Origin: Pseudomonadota bacterium
GTDB taxonomy: Bacteria; Pseudomonadota; Gammaproteobacteria; JAFEDO01
Length of the DNA stretch: 46,426 nucleotides
Reading direction: 5' to 3'
NCBI GenBank assembly: GCA_018241565.1
Contig: JAFEDO010000009.1
Span: 1-46,426, forward strand
The position numbers and the translations under genes were made by a program. Under the pieces are notes generated by a model, which did no database searches, was not told where the DNA came from, and worked only from the letters and a program-made list of their open reading frames with translations. Shown one piece after another: positions 28,069 through 37,406 of this stretch (position 1 is the first letter of the stretch; each line of letters begins with the position of its first letter).

Positions 28069-28913
28069 AAATCATGATTCACTTGTTGTACTTGTTTGAC
28101 AATTTTATTCAATTTTTCTGAAAATGGTTTTGAATTCAAGTCTAACAAATAATTAAATTGGGTATAAACACTAACAATAATCGTAAAAGCAAAAGTAATC
28201 ATTAAAAGTAAGGGGAGAGGCTTTTCTAAAAGCTTATGTTTTTTATTGATCACATTGGCAATAAATACATCCTTTTTGAAATCTCCACGATGAGTTCGTA
28301 TTAATTGATACAAATGATCTATTTTTTCATCGAGATACATTTTCCCGTGGGGCATAGTTTGGTAATTACCGGAAAACCCACTGATTAATAGCATATATAT
28401 TAATTCTAAAGAATCGATATGATTAGTTGGGTCCTTGCTGAGTTTATCTAGAATTGCAAAAAAAGGATCATCTTCTTGTGAGAAAGAAGGCGCATTCGCA
28501 AATAATTGTTTACAGGACCAAAATAACTGATAAGAGTTAGGTTTGCTTCTTAAAATTTCATCTAGCAAACAACAAATTAAATAGCGGGCGATAAATAAAG
28601 TTTCTGCTGGGTAGCCTGACATTCTTCCTCGAGATTCAAAAACTTTAAATTCGTGAGCTAAATGATATTGTAGTAATTGTAAATCAGGCAGAAGCTCCAT
28701 TTTTTTTAATTGTTCGCTTAATACAAAAAATGGTGCAGCGGCAGTCGTTAATAAATTAGTGCCAGTGTTAGCATTAAATAATCGAGAGCGATAATAAACA
28801 TTTGTAGAATCTTGTTCGGACCCTACTACCACTTCATCTTGTGAGTGATAAGGAGGGTCTATTAAAAAATCTTTTTGTGTTAATGAAACGGAGTCATTTA
28901 ACATGTTGTCCAC
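28065..28913 (-). CDS. icmH: IcmH/DotU (TssL-like) protein
   Basis: 282 aa. DotU-family core motifs 'ARYLICCLLDEILRS' and 'ELIYMLLISGFSGNY'. Single C-terminal TM 'LPLLLMITFAFTIIVSVY'. The track start is GTG at 28913; the ATG at 28904 is an alternative. Either start overlaps the purD 3' end. Confidence 0.8.
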   Translation of the reverse strand: MDNMLNDSVSLTQKDFLIDPPYHSQDEVVVGSEQDSTNVYYRSRLFNANTGTNLLTTAAAPFFVLSEQLKKMELLPDLQLLQYHLAHEFKVFESRGRMSGYPAETLFIARYLICCLLDEILRSKPNSYQLFWSCKQLFANAPSFSQEDDPFFAILDKLSKDPTNHIDSLELIYMLLISGFSGNYQTMPHGKMYLDEKIDHLYQLIRTHRGDFKKDVFIANVINKKHKLLEKPLPLLLMITFAFTIIVSVYTQFNYLLDLNSKPFSEKLNKIVKQVQQVNHDL

Positions 28914-30183
28914 TCAGTATTTCGCGGCGAACTGCACGATGCCCAATATCACTTCGATAAAATAATGCGTCGGCATTTATTTCACGGATGATTTGGTAAG
29001 CTTTAGCTTGAGCATCTGCAATCGTTTCACCTAAAGTTGTAATACAAAGTACTCGGCCACCATCCGTGACGATTTGATTTCCTTCTAATCGAGTGCCCGC
29101 GTGAAAAATTTTACCGTCTTTCAAATGATGTTGCTGTAATCCTGGAATGGGAATTCCTTTTTGATATTGTTCGGGATAGCCTTTTGATGCCAGTACAACT
29201 CCTAACGCGGGCCTAGGATCCCACTCAATGGACATAGTTTGCAAGCTTTTTTCGAGGGTTTTTTCACATAATTTAACGAGGTCGGAACGCATGCGTAGGA
29301 GAATGGGTTGGGTTTCTGGATCGCCAAATCGACAGTTAAATTCCAATACTTTGGGTTCTCCCTTCGGAGTAATCATGAGCCCTGCATATAAAAATCCTAC
29401 AAAAGGATGCCCTTCTTTTGCCATGCCTTCTAGGGTGGGTTGAATAATGGATTCCATGACAATTTTTTGTAATTCGGGTGTCACAATAGGTGCTGGTGAA
29501 TAAGCACCCATCCCACCTGTGTTCGGGCCTTTATCTCCATCATCTCTCGTTTTGTGATCCTGAGAAGTCGCCAGTGGGATGGCATGCACACCATCTGTAA
29601 TGACAATAAAACTGGCTTCTTCACCGGTGATAAATTCTTCAACGACAATTTTAGCGCCGGGTTGGTTTAGCATCATTTTTGCGGCGTCCAATGCTTGTTC
29701 ATGTGTTTCTGCTATCACAACGCCTTTTCCTGCTGCTAATCCATCGGCTTTAATCACCAATGGTGCAGAGTGTTGATTAATATAGTTTTTTGCAGCAGTG
29801 AAATCTTCAAAGCAAGCATAGCGTGCGGTCGGTATTTGGTAGCGTTGCATAAAGTCTTTACTAAAGCTCTTAGATGCTTCTAATTGTGCCGCAGCCGCCG
29901 AAGGACCAAAACATGCGAGCTGTTTTTTCTGAAAAGCGTCAACAATACCGGCTGATAGCGGCGCTTCAGGACCGACAATGGTTAAATCAATTGAATTTTC
30001 TTCGGCAAACTGTAAGAGTTTTTCTATATCCAATGCTTGAATAGGAACATTTTGAGTTTTAGGTTCTAGCGCAGTCCCCGCATTCCCAGGTGCTACGAAG
30101 ACTTGAGTGACTTCAGGAGATTGAGCGACTTTCCAAGCTAAAGCGTGTTCGCGCCCACCATTACCAATAATAAGTATTTTCAT
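28894..30183 (-). CDS. purD: phosphoribosylamine-glycine ligase
   Basis: 429 aa with hallmark N-terminus 'MKILIIGNGGREHALAWK' and ATP-grasp core 'VIKADGLAAGKGV', 'EFNCRFGDPE'. Confidence 0.95.
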   Translation of the reverse strand: MKILIIGNGGREHALAWKVAQSPEVTQVFVAPGNAGTALEPKTQNVPIQALDIEKLLQFAEENSIDLTIVGPEAPLSAGIVDAFQKKQLACFGPSAAAAQLEASKSFSKDFMQRYQIPTARYACFEDFTAAKNYINQHSAPLVIKADGLAAGKGVVIAETHEQALDAAKMMLNQPGAKIVVEEFITGEEASFIVITDGVHAIPLATSQDHKTRDDGDKGPNTGGMGAYSPAPIVTPELQKIVMESIIQPTLEGMAKEGHPFVGFLYAGLMITPKGEPKVLEFNCRFGDPETQPILLRMRSDLVKLCEKTLEKSLQTMSIEWDPRPALGVVLASKGYPEQYQKGIPIPGLQQHHLKDGKIFHAGTRLEGNQIVTDGGRVLCITTLGETIADAQAKAYQIIREINADALFYRSDIGHRAVRREILSGQHVK

Positions 30184-30240
30184 CAGAGTACCTTGTTGAT
30201 TTTGAAGCGCCGTATTCTACCGTAGAAAGGTAGGGGTATA

Positions 30241-30327
30241 TCAATGTTTAAAATGCCGAATTCCTGTAAACATCATCGCGAGATTGTGTTCATTGGCAGC
30301 TTGAACGATTGCTTCATCTCGAAGGAA
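30241..30327 (-). pseudogene. displaced copy of the purH 3' end (last ~27 codons plus stop)
   Basis: It encodes '..[26 protein letters not shown]'; authentic PurH ends '..[26 protein letters not shown]' (30932-31018). About 90% nt identity by eye over ~86 nt, then similarity stops. The 60-aa track ORF (30241-30423) is a chimera containing this tail. Confidence 0.85.
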
Positions 30328-30432
30328 GTTTATCACGCACTGGACGACGCGTTTGTAGGTGAGTAGCGACTGTGCTTTGCCTGGTTGGTGCCAATGTGGT
30401 CTGCAACGATACCCTAGCTGCATCGCTACTCT

Positions 30433-30891
30433 CTATTTATTGCCCTCTTTTTTAAGTTCCAATTGGTATTCATATTTCGCCGCTTGTGCAGCGTTTATCA
30501 TAGCTTGCTCCTTGCAGCTTTCTATGTCGGGCACTATCTGGTCACCGTTTTCTTTTATCTGTTTGTCTCCCATCGTATATTGGATAGGAAACCAATCACA
30601 GTGTACTTCTGACTCGTAAACATACGCTTGAAAGGTTGATTCGTTTATTGCCTTGCAGTCTGCGATGCTGTTTAGTGTATATCCCCCAATGGCGTGTGTT
30701 ACTGCTGCGATAAATGTTGGATCCATTCCTTGCAACGAACCGGGTTTTAATGTCTTTGCTATACGACATTCATCATGCGCTGTCGCACCCTTAGCATACC
30801 CTGGGCTTTGAGTGATCATGATCGTTACAATAAGTGCTGACATTTGGAGTATTAAACTAAAACTTCGTACAAGACTACTTTGTTTATCCAT
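30433..30891 (-). CDS. small secreted Cys-containing protein, function unknown (cargo inserted between purH and purD)
   Basis: 152 aa with a signal-peptide-like N-terminus ('SLILQMSALIVTIMITQSPGYA/KG') and four Cys. An SD-like 'GGAAGAAGG' precedes the ATG. It starts 40 nt downstream of the purH stop. Confidence 0.65.
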   Translation of the reverse strand: MDKQSSLVRSFSLILQMSALIVTIMITQSPGYAKGATAHDECRIAKTLKPGSLQGMDPTFIAAVTHAIGGYTLNSIADCKAINESTFQAYVYESEVHCDWFPIQYTMGDKQIKENGDQIVPDIESCKEQAMINAAQAAKYEYQLELKKEGNK

Positions 30892-30931
30892 GGGACCTTC
30901 TTCCTATGTGAATCAGTTATTTCGAAATGGA

Positions 30932-32497
30932 TTAGTGTTTAAAATGCCGAATTCCTGTGAACACCATCGCGAGATTGTGTTCATTGGCAGCTTGAATAAT
31001 TTCTTCATCTCGAATGGAACCGCCAGGTTGAATCACAGCGGTGATGCCGACGTCAGCTGCAGCATCAATACCATCTCTAAAAGGAAAGAAAGCATCAGAG
31101 GCCATGACAGAACCTTCGACTACTAATCCTTCATCGGCGGCTTTGATGCTCGCGATCTTAGCGCTATAGACACGACTCATTTGTCCTGCGCCAATGCCAA
31201 TCGTTGCTTGTTGTTTCGCATAAATAATCGCATTGGATTTCACATGCTTGACGACGCGCCATGCAAATAAAAGATCAGATAATTCTTGTGATGTTGGCGC
31301 ACGCTTTGTAACAACTTTTAAATCTTGTGGTTGAATGATATGTTGATCACGATCTTGAACTAACAATCCACCTTCAATACGTTTGTAATCTAAAGTAGGT
31401 TTTGAATTTGTTTCCCATTGTCCGGTGCGAAGCAAGCGAACATTTTGTTTTTGTTTTGCGACTTCGATAGCAGCGTTTGTAAATTCTGGTGCGATGATTA
31501 CTTCGACAAATTGTTTATCTAAAATAGTTTTTAAAAGAATATCATCAACGATTTGATTAAAAGCAATGATGCCACCAAAACTAGAAGTAGGATCTGTTGC
31601 AAATGCACGAAGATAAGAATCCATTAATGATTTTTCTAATGCAACACCGCAAGGATTCGCATGTTTCACAATCACGCACGCAGGTTGTCCTGAAAATTCT
31701 TTAACACAAGATAAGGCCGCATCAGCGTCAGCAATATTATTATAAGATAAGGGTTTTCCTTGTAATTGTTCTGCAGTAGCAAGGGATCCTACAGGAGGAT
31801 TATTCTCAACATAAAAACTCGCTTGCTGATGAGGATTTTCTCCGTAACGTAAATCTTGTTTCTTTTCGAGTGAAAGTAATAAATTTTCTGGAAACACAGG
31901 TTTATTTTCAACAAATTGATTGAGGTACGTTTGAATCGCAACATCATATTGCGCAGTATGTGCAAAAGCTTTTTGTGCTAATCGCAAACGAGTAGTTGCA
32001 TCCGTATGACCGCGCGCACTGATTTCATCGATCACAATTGCATAATCATCGCTATCTACAATGACTGTGACATGTGCGTGATTTTTTGCGGCAGATCGAA
32101 GCATCGTTGGGCCACCGATATCAATATTCTCAATCGCTGTGTCAAAATCTGTTTTAGGATCAGTAATTACTTGTTGAAAGGGATAAAGATTCACAACAAC
32201 CAAATCGATCGGCGCAATGTGATGCTCTTGCATTAATGCATCATCAATGCCACGTCTTCCTAAAATGCCGCCATGAATTTTTGGATGCAAGGTTTTCACA
32301 CGGCCATCCATAATTTCTGGCGATCCAGTATGTTCAGAAACTTGAATGACAGGAATACCATTATCTTTCAATAATTTTGCAGTACCACCCGTCGATAAAA
32401 TTTCTATACCAAGCGCATGTAACGCCTGTGCAAATGAAAGTAAACCCGCTTTATCAGAAACACTAAGTAGTGCCCGTTTAATAGTATTCGTAGTCAT
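30932..32497 (-). CDS. purH: bifunctional AICAR transformylase / IMP cyclohydrolase
   Basis: 521 aa. '[12 protein letters not shown]', 'GGTAKLL', '[14 protein letters not shown]' and the C-terminal '[23 protein letters not shown]' are PurH hallmarks. Confidence 0.95.
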   Translation of the reverse strand: MTTNTIKRALLSVSDKAGLLSFAQALHALGIEILSTGGTAKLLKDNGIPVIQVSEHTGSPEIMDGRVKTLHPKIHGGILGRRGIDDALMQEHHIAPIDLVVVNLYPFQQVITDPKTDFDTAIENIDIGGPTMLRSAAKNHAHVTVIVDSDDYAIVIDEISARGHTDATTRLRLAQKAFAHTAQYDVAIQTYLNQFVENKPVFPENLLLSLEKKQDLRYGENPHQQASFYVENNPPVGSLATAEQLQGKPLSYNNIADADAALSCVKEFSGQPACVIVKHANPCGVALEKSLMDSYLRAFATDPTSSFGGIIAFNQIVDDILLKTILDKQFVEVIIAPEFTNAAIEVAKQKQNVRLLRTGQWETNSKPTLDYKRIEGGLLVQDRDQHIIQPQDLKVVTKRAPTSQELSDLLFAWRVVKHVKSNAIIYAKQQATIGIGAGQMSRVYSAKIASIKAADEGLVVEGSVMASDAFFPFRDGIDAAADVGITAVIQPGGSIRDEEIIQAANEHNLAMVFTGIRHFKH

Positions 32498-32530
32498 AGA
32501 ATCCTCTTTGAAAATTCCTCGATGTTGAAA

Positions 32531-32691
32531 AGCCGAGGGGTGACGCGGGGTCCCCCCGATTTTTGCTTCGTTACTGTCATCCTGAACGTAGTGAAGGATC
32601 TCAGCGTTAACATTGAGATCCTTCGCTGACGCTCAGGATGACAAGCTACGCAAAAATGGGGGAGAGTCGCGGCAGGACCCCGAGGCCCTCC
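32531..32691. repeat. composite nested palindrome: family-A core (32576-32642) inside imperfect GC-rich outer arms
   Basis: Core: 'gtcatcctgaacgtagtgaaggatctc' - 12 nt - 'gagatccttcgctgacgctcaggatgac'. Outer arms: 'ccgaggggtgacgcggggtccccccgatttttgc' and 'gcaaaaatgggggagagtcgcggcaggaccccgagg'. It starts 9 nt after the accC stop and lies upstream of purH. Confidence 0.9.
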
Positions 32692-32699
32692 AGCATCAA

Positions 32700-34040
32700 T
32701 CACTTCATTAACTCATGTTCCAAATAATGAATATTCGTTCCGCCTTTAGCAAAATTTGAATCTCTCATGATTTTTTTATGCAAAGGAATATTCGTCTTGA
32801 TACCATCAATCACAATTTCATCTAATGCATTTTTCATTCGATTAATGGCTTCTTCTCGGGTTTTGCCATAACTGATGAGTTTTCCAATCATAGAATCATA
32901 ATAGGGTGGCACTTTATAGCTTGTGTAAATGTGACTATCGATTCGAATACCAGGCCCGCCGGGTGGATGATAAAACTTAATCGTACCAGGACATGGCATA
33001 AAAGTTTCGGGATCTTCCGCATTAATACGACATTCAATCGCATGACCTTCCATGGTGATATCTTTTTGTTTGCAAGGTAATCCTTTTCCTGCCGCGATTG
33101 CAATTTGTGCTTTAATTAAATCGACGCCAGTCACCATTTCGGTAACAGGATGTTCTACTTGGATTCGAGTATTCATTTCAATAAAATAAAATTCACCATC
33201 TTCATACAGAAATTCAAAAGTGCCTGCGCCGCGATACTTGATTGCTTTACAAGCTTTGACAACGGTCGCGCCAATTTTTTCACGTTTCTTTTCATCCAAT
33301 CCTGGTGCAGGAGATTCTTCAATCACTTTTTGATGACGACGTTGCATAGAACAATCACGTTCTCCTAGGTGGATTGCATTACCTTCACCATCTCCTAACA
33401 CTTGAAATTCAATATGACGAGGATTCTCTAAAAACTTTTCCATGTACACCATGTCATTTCCGAAAGCTGATTTTGCTTCGCTACGAGTGAGTGAAATGGC
33501 ATTTAATAAATTTGCTTCGGTGTGTACGACACGCATGCCTCGACCACCACCGCCACCCGCTGCTTTGATGATAACGGGATAACCAATTTTCTTGGCCGTT
33601 GCTAAAATTGTTTTTGGATTGTCACCGAGTGGTCCGTTAGATCCAGGCACACAAGGAACGCCAGCTTGTTTCATCGCATGAATCGCTGAAACTTTATCAC
33701 CCATCATGCGAATGGTATCCGCAGTGGGTCCAATAAAATTGAATCCACTTTTTTCAACGCGTTCCGCAAAATCTGCATTTTCAGCTAAGAATCCATATCC
33801 AGGATGAATAGCCATCGCATCTGTAATTTCTGCAGCGCTGATAATGGCAGGAATATTTAAATAACTAGAGGTGCTACTAGCAGGCCCAATACAAACTGAT
33901 TCATCAGCCAGTCGAACGTGCATCAAGTCACGGTCAGCTTCTGAATGAATAGCGACGGTTGCTATGCCCATTTCCTTACATGCACGAAGAATGCGTAACG
34001 CAATCTCCCCGCGATTAGCAATGACAATTTTATCCAACAT
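32700..34040 (-). CDS. accC: acetyl-CoA carboxylase biotin carboxylase subunit
   Basis: 446 aa. '[26 protein letters not shown]', '[10 protein letters not shown]' and '[16 protein letters not shown]' are AccC hallmarks. It follows accB. Confidence 0.96.
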   Translation of the reverse strand: MLDKIVIANRGEIALRILRACKEMGIATVAIHSEADRDLMHVRLADESVCIGPASSTSSYLNIPAIISAAEITDAMAIHPGYGFLAENADFAERVEKSGFNFIGPTADTIRMMGDKVSAIHAMKQAGVPCVPGSNGPLGDNPKTILATAKKIGYPVIIKAAGGGGGRGMRVVHTEANLLNAISLTRSEAKSAFGNDMVYMEKFLENPRHIEFQVLGDGEGNAIHLGERDCSMQRRHQKVIEESPAPGLDEKKREKIGATVVKACKAIKYRGAGTFEFLYEDGEFYFIEMNTRIQVEHPVTEMVTGVDLIKAQIAIAAGKGLPCKQKDITMEGHAIECRINAEDPETFMPCPGTIKFYHPPGGPGIRIDSHIYTSYKVPPYYDSMIGKLISYGKTREEAINRMKNALDEIVIDGIKTNIPLHKKIMRDSNFAKGGTNIHYLEHELMK

Positions 34041-34045
34041 GATTG

Positions 34046-34519
34046 TTACTCGATGATATATAAGGGTTGTCCATATTCTACCGGTTGACCATTCTCTACG
34101 AGTTGAGCGCGAATAACACCGGCTTTATCGGCTTCAATTTCATTAAACATTTTCATAGCTTCGATGATACAAAGCGTATCGCCTACTTTGACAGATTGAC
34201 CAACGGTCACAAAGTTCTTAGCTTCTGGAGAAGAAGCTAAATATAACGTGCCCACCATCGGAGATTTTACTGTATGACCACTGATGTCAGGGGTGTTTTG
34301 AGCGGGTTCTGCGGTTTGTTGTGCAGGAGCGGCTTTAACTTCATTGGCTACTTGCACCACAGGCGCATGTTGCACCATAGGTACAACATGTTGCTGAACC
34401 GATTGAGTTGAACGACTGATGCGAACAGACTCTTCGCCTTCACGGATTTCAATTTCATTGATGCCACTTTCTTCCAGTAGTTCAATGAGTTTTTTAACTT
34501 TTCTAATGTCCATAGACAC
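34046..34519 (-). CDS. accB: acetyl-CoA carboxylase biotin carboxyl carrier protein
   Basis: 157 aa with a Pro/Ala-rich linker and the biotinylation motif '[14 protein letters not shown]'. Confidence 0.95.
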   Translation of the reverse strand: MSMDIRKVKKLIELLEESGINEIEIREGEESVRISRSTQSVQQHVVPMVQHAPVVQVANEVKAAPAQQTAEPAQNTPDISGHTVKSPMVGTLYLASSPEAKNFVTVGQSVKVGDTLCIIEAMKMFNEIEADKAGVIRAQLVENGQPVEYGQPLYIIE

Positions 34520-34534
34520 AAAAGGACTCCTTAG

Positions 34535-34978
34535 TTAATTTTTAGTTAAATATTGTGCTGCGGCTTGTAGAGCCAGTTCATAACCAATGACACCCAGACC
34601 AAAAATAACACCAGTTGCAATATCAGATAGATAAGAATGATGTCGGAACGGTTCTCGTGATTTAATATTACTCAAATGTACTTCTATAAAAGGGATTTGA
34701 GTCGCCAAGAAGGCATCTCGCAATGCGATGCTAGTATGAGTAAATGCTGCAGGATTGACGATGATAAACGAAGTTCCCTGAAGTTTTGCTTGTTGTACCC
34801 TATCAATGAGTTCATGTTCTGCGTTAGATTGGAAGGTTGTTAGGTTGAGGTTCAGGCCTTTTGCCAGTGTTGTCAGCCTATCGTTCAATTGATCGAGGGT
34901 TGTTGCTCCATATACCTCGGGTTCTCGAGTACCGAGTAAGTTGAGGTTAGGACCGTGTAGAACGAGTATGTTTTTCAT
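34535..34978 (-). CDS. aroQ: type II 3-dehydroquinate dehydratase
   Basis: 147 aa. '[21 protein letters not shown]' and '[17 protein letters not shown]' are type II DHQase hallmarks. The aroQ-accB-accC order is classic. Confidence 0.94.
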   Translation of the reverse strand: MKNILVLHGPNLNLLGTREPEVYGATTLDQLNDRLTTLAKGLNLNLTTFQSNAEHELIDRVQQAKLQGTSFIIVNPAAFTHTSIALRDAFLATQIPFIEVHLSNIKSREPFRHHSYLSDIATGVIFGLGVIGYELALQAAAQYLTKN

Positions 34979-35062
34979 AGGGGGGCGATTCTGCCTGAGT
35001 CTTTTGAGAATGTCTAGATCGATGCAGTTGAATGCAAGATGGGTGAAGTTTCTAGTAGATTT

Positions 35063-35379
35063 GGGCCCGGGGACCCGTGGCCCTCCCCTCAGTTTCTGTA
35101 GCCCGGGTAAGCGTTTTTGCTTTTCAAAACGTGTAAGCCGGGGTCGATCTTAACCCCGGGTTGCGCATCGCAAAAGCCCGATGTTTACCCGAGCTACGAA
35201 ACTTAAAAATCGGGAGGCCTGCCGCGTCACCCCTCGGTTTCCCGAGAATCGATAGTTTCCATAGCCTGGGTAAGCGTTTTTGCCGAATTTAATAGTTTGG
35301 CCAAAACGCGCAACCAGGGCTTGAGCTTAACCCCGGGTTGCGCATCGTAAAAGCTCGATGCTTACCCGGGCTACGAAAC
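35063..35379. repeat. two REP-like 'GTAG...CTAC' palindromic elements (35098-35197 and 35261-35376) with GC-rich flanking modules
   Basis: Arms: 'gtagcccgggtaagcgtttttgc' / 'gcaaaagcccgatgtttacccgagctac'. The second copy has 'tagcctgggtaagcgtttttgc' / 'gtaaaagctcgatgcttacccgggctac'. A 53-nt direct repeat at 35150-35202 and 35327-35379 has 4 mismatches. Module 'ccgcgtcacccctcgg' (35222-35237) is the exact reverse complement of 32533-32548. Confidence 0.9.
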
Positions 35380-35407
35380 GGAGTATGAGTAGAACAGAAT
35401 CTGTTTG

Positions 35408-37183
35408 CTACTCCATCGGTAAGTGTTCTAAGAATTCCTTCGCATGCATTTCTCCAACCATGGTTGCACCTGGGATTGGGTTTCCTTCTTTATCAAAGAA
35501 GAGGAAAGTTGGGGGTGCAATGACAGAGAAGTGGGCGAGTAACTCTTTGGCGTCTGCGTCATTGGATGTGACATCGACTTTTATCCAAACGAAGTTTTTC
35601 AATGCACTGAGGACGCTAGAGTTTTTGAATGTGGTTCTATCCATAGCTTTACAGGCTGTGCACCAGTCGGCATAAAAATCTAAGAACACGGGTTTTCCTG
35701 ATGCCTTTGCCTTTGTGAGTTCAATGTCGACTTTTGTTAAGGTTTTTAATGTTATCCAAGGAGCAGTACGGTTTTCAGTTGCTGGTTGTATGGATGCGGA
35801 ATTGAAACTTGATAAAGGTAGAAGAGGATCTGTGTTTCCCATGCTAGTGCCAAATAAGATAAGTACGCCGTAGGTTAAAGCAATCACACCAACGCCTTGC
35901 CATAATTGTTTCCAACCTTTAATTTCAGTTCTGTATAAGGCACCCAGATAAATCGCTGAAATGATCAAGAGGCTTCCCCATAAAAACATGGTGACTGTTG
36001 AAGGAAGAATGCGTTCTAATAAATAGATAGCGATTGCGATCAAGACCACGCCAAAGAAATTTTTGACGGCATTCATCCATGATCCAGCTTTGGGTAAAAG
36101 TTTTCCGGCAGAAGCCCCAACTAAAAGTAGCGGAGTGCCCATGCCTAAACTTAAGCAAAATAACGCGACAGCACCCAATGTGACATCTCCCGTAGATCCG
36201 ATATATCCTAAAGCACCAATCAATGGTGCGGTGATGCAAGGAGAAACCATCAAGCTAGAAAGACAACCCATGATGGCAGCACTGGCATAATGTCCACTGG
36301 ATTGATGTTTCGAAAATTTATTGAGCCAGTTTTCTAATCCAGAGGGAAGTTTCAAATCGTAAAACCCAAACATAGATAACGCTAAAATTACAAAGAGTAA
36401 ACTGAATAAAGTGATGGCAATAGGATTTTGCATCGCAGCTTGTATGTTACTACCGACTAAAGCGACGAGTACTCCTGCGAGCGTATAAGTGATCGCCATG
36501 CCAAGAACATAAGCCAGTGATAATCGAAATGCTTTCCTTGTCGTGATGTTATGTCCATGTCCGACGATAATGCCAGAAATAATAGGAACCATCGGCAACA
36601 CACAAGGTGTAAATGCCAGCAATAATCCAAAAACATAAAAGCCAAGTATTATCCAAATTAAATTGTGGCCATGTAGTAATTGTGCGGCTTTTGAAGTGCC
36701 AACTTCAGCGCTACGTTTGTAAGGTGCCATTTTAACGGATGTAATTCCTAATTCATTATCAATATTCAAGACTAGTTTTTGAGTGGTGGGAGGATAACAA
36801 AATCCTGAGTCAGAACATCCTTGATAAGTGATCTTGAAGTTAACTTCTCCTGATTTTAATCCAAGAATAGAAATTGGTAATTGTAATTGATTGAAATAGA
36901 CTTGATAATTTCCTAATTCAACATCAGATTTTTTTACTCCGATAGGGAAATTTATTTTTCCGAGTTGAGCCTGTGTTGTTTGTGATATCTTAAAATGAAA
37001 ACGGTCTCGATAAAGAAAATATCCTGGTGACATTTTCCAAGTAGCAACAAATGTATTAGGGTCAATGAGATGCGTAGAGAATTGAAAAGCTTGATTTACC
37101 GGCAAAGGCTTGTGTTCAGCTGCAAACACTAACGTGGATAAAGAAAGAAGTAATAGTAATAAAATTTTTTTCATAAGTGCCAT
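35408..37183 (-). CDS. dsbD: thiol:disulfide interchange protein DsbD
   Basis: 591 aa. N-terminal domain 'YQGCSDSGFCYPP'. Membrane Cys motifs 'FTPCVLPMVP' and 'VSPCITAPL'. C-terminal thioredoxin 'FYADWCTACKAM'. Confidence 0.94.
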   Translation of the reverse strand: MALMKKILLLLLLSLSTLVFAAEHKPLPVNQAFQFSTHLIDPNTFVATWKMSPGYFLYRDRFHFKISQTTQAQLGKINFPIGVKKSDVELGNYQVYFNQLQLPISILGLKSGEVNFKITYQGCSDSGFCYPPTTQKLVLNIDNELGITSVKMAPYKRSAEVGTSKAAQLLHGHNLIWIILGFYVFGLLLAFTPCVLPMVPIISGIIVGHGHNITTRKAFRLSLAYVLGMAITYTLAGVLVALVGSNIQAAMQNPIAITLFSLLFVILALSMFGFYDLKLPSGLENWLNKFSKHQSSGHYASAAIMGCLSSLMVSPCITAPLIGALGYIGSTGDVTLGAVALFCLSLGMGTPLLLVGASAGKLLPKAGSWMNAVKNFFGVVLIAIAIYLLERILPSTVTMFLWGSLLIISAIYLGALYRTEIKGWKQLWQGVGVIALTYGVLILFGTSMGNTDPLLPLSSFNSASIQPATENRTAPWITLKTLTKVDIELTKAKASGKPVFLDFYADWCTACKAMDRTTFKNSSVLSALKNFVWIKVDVTSNDADAKELLAHFSVIAPPTFLFFDKEGNPIPGATMVGEMHAKEFLEHLPME

Positions 37184-37261
37184 CCGTTTTTTAAGTCGAA
37201 TTTTATATTATTTATTTCTTATGCGCTCTAAAATAATTTCAATATAAGTGGTATGAATAAT

Positions 37262-37402
37262 GAGATCCTTCGCTGACGCTCAGGATGGCACAGTTCACAC
37301 TCAGGATGACAATGTACGATTATGAGCACATTATTATCCTGAGAGTGGATCGTGGCATCCTGAGTGTGCATATTGTCATCCTGAGCGTCAGCGAAGGATC
37401 TC
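37262..37402. repeat. family-A palindromic element, outward-facing arm arrangement with nested inner half-sites
   Basis: Perfect 26-nt arms 'gagatccttcgctgacgctcaggatg' (37262-37287) and 'catcctgagcgtcagcgaaggatctc' (37377-37402). The interior holds further 'ctcaggatg/catcctgag' half-sites. It lies 4 nt after the sulfatase-like gene stop and 79 nt before the dsbD start. Confidence 0.9.
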
Positions 37403-37406
37403 TTGT

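Noticed and set aside
24907-28913. Interpreting the TssM/TssL-like pair as a type VI secretion system
   Set aside because: No other T6SS core gene (tssB/C, hcp, vgrG, tssK, clpV) is in the window. An IcmB-like ATPase is present, and an isolated IcmF/DotU pair is characteristic of Dot/Icm type IVB systems.
30241-30619. Track ORFs 30241-30423(-) and 30359-30619(+)
   Set aside because: The first is a fortuitous ORF ending in the displaced purH tail. The second is antisense to the 152-aa secreted-protein gene. There is no independent support for either.
32494-32703. 69-aa ORF on the minus strand between accC and purH
   Set aside because: It lies entirely within the composite GC-rich palindrome. 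Its translation ('[29 protein letters not shown]') is the typical artefact of reading through such repeats. It has no RBS and overlaps both flanking genes.
34941-35675. Track ORFs 34941-35153(+) and 35358-35675(+)
   Set aside because: The first reads through the REP-like repeat cluster. The second runs from the repeat into the antisense strand of dsbD. Neither has coding support.
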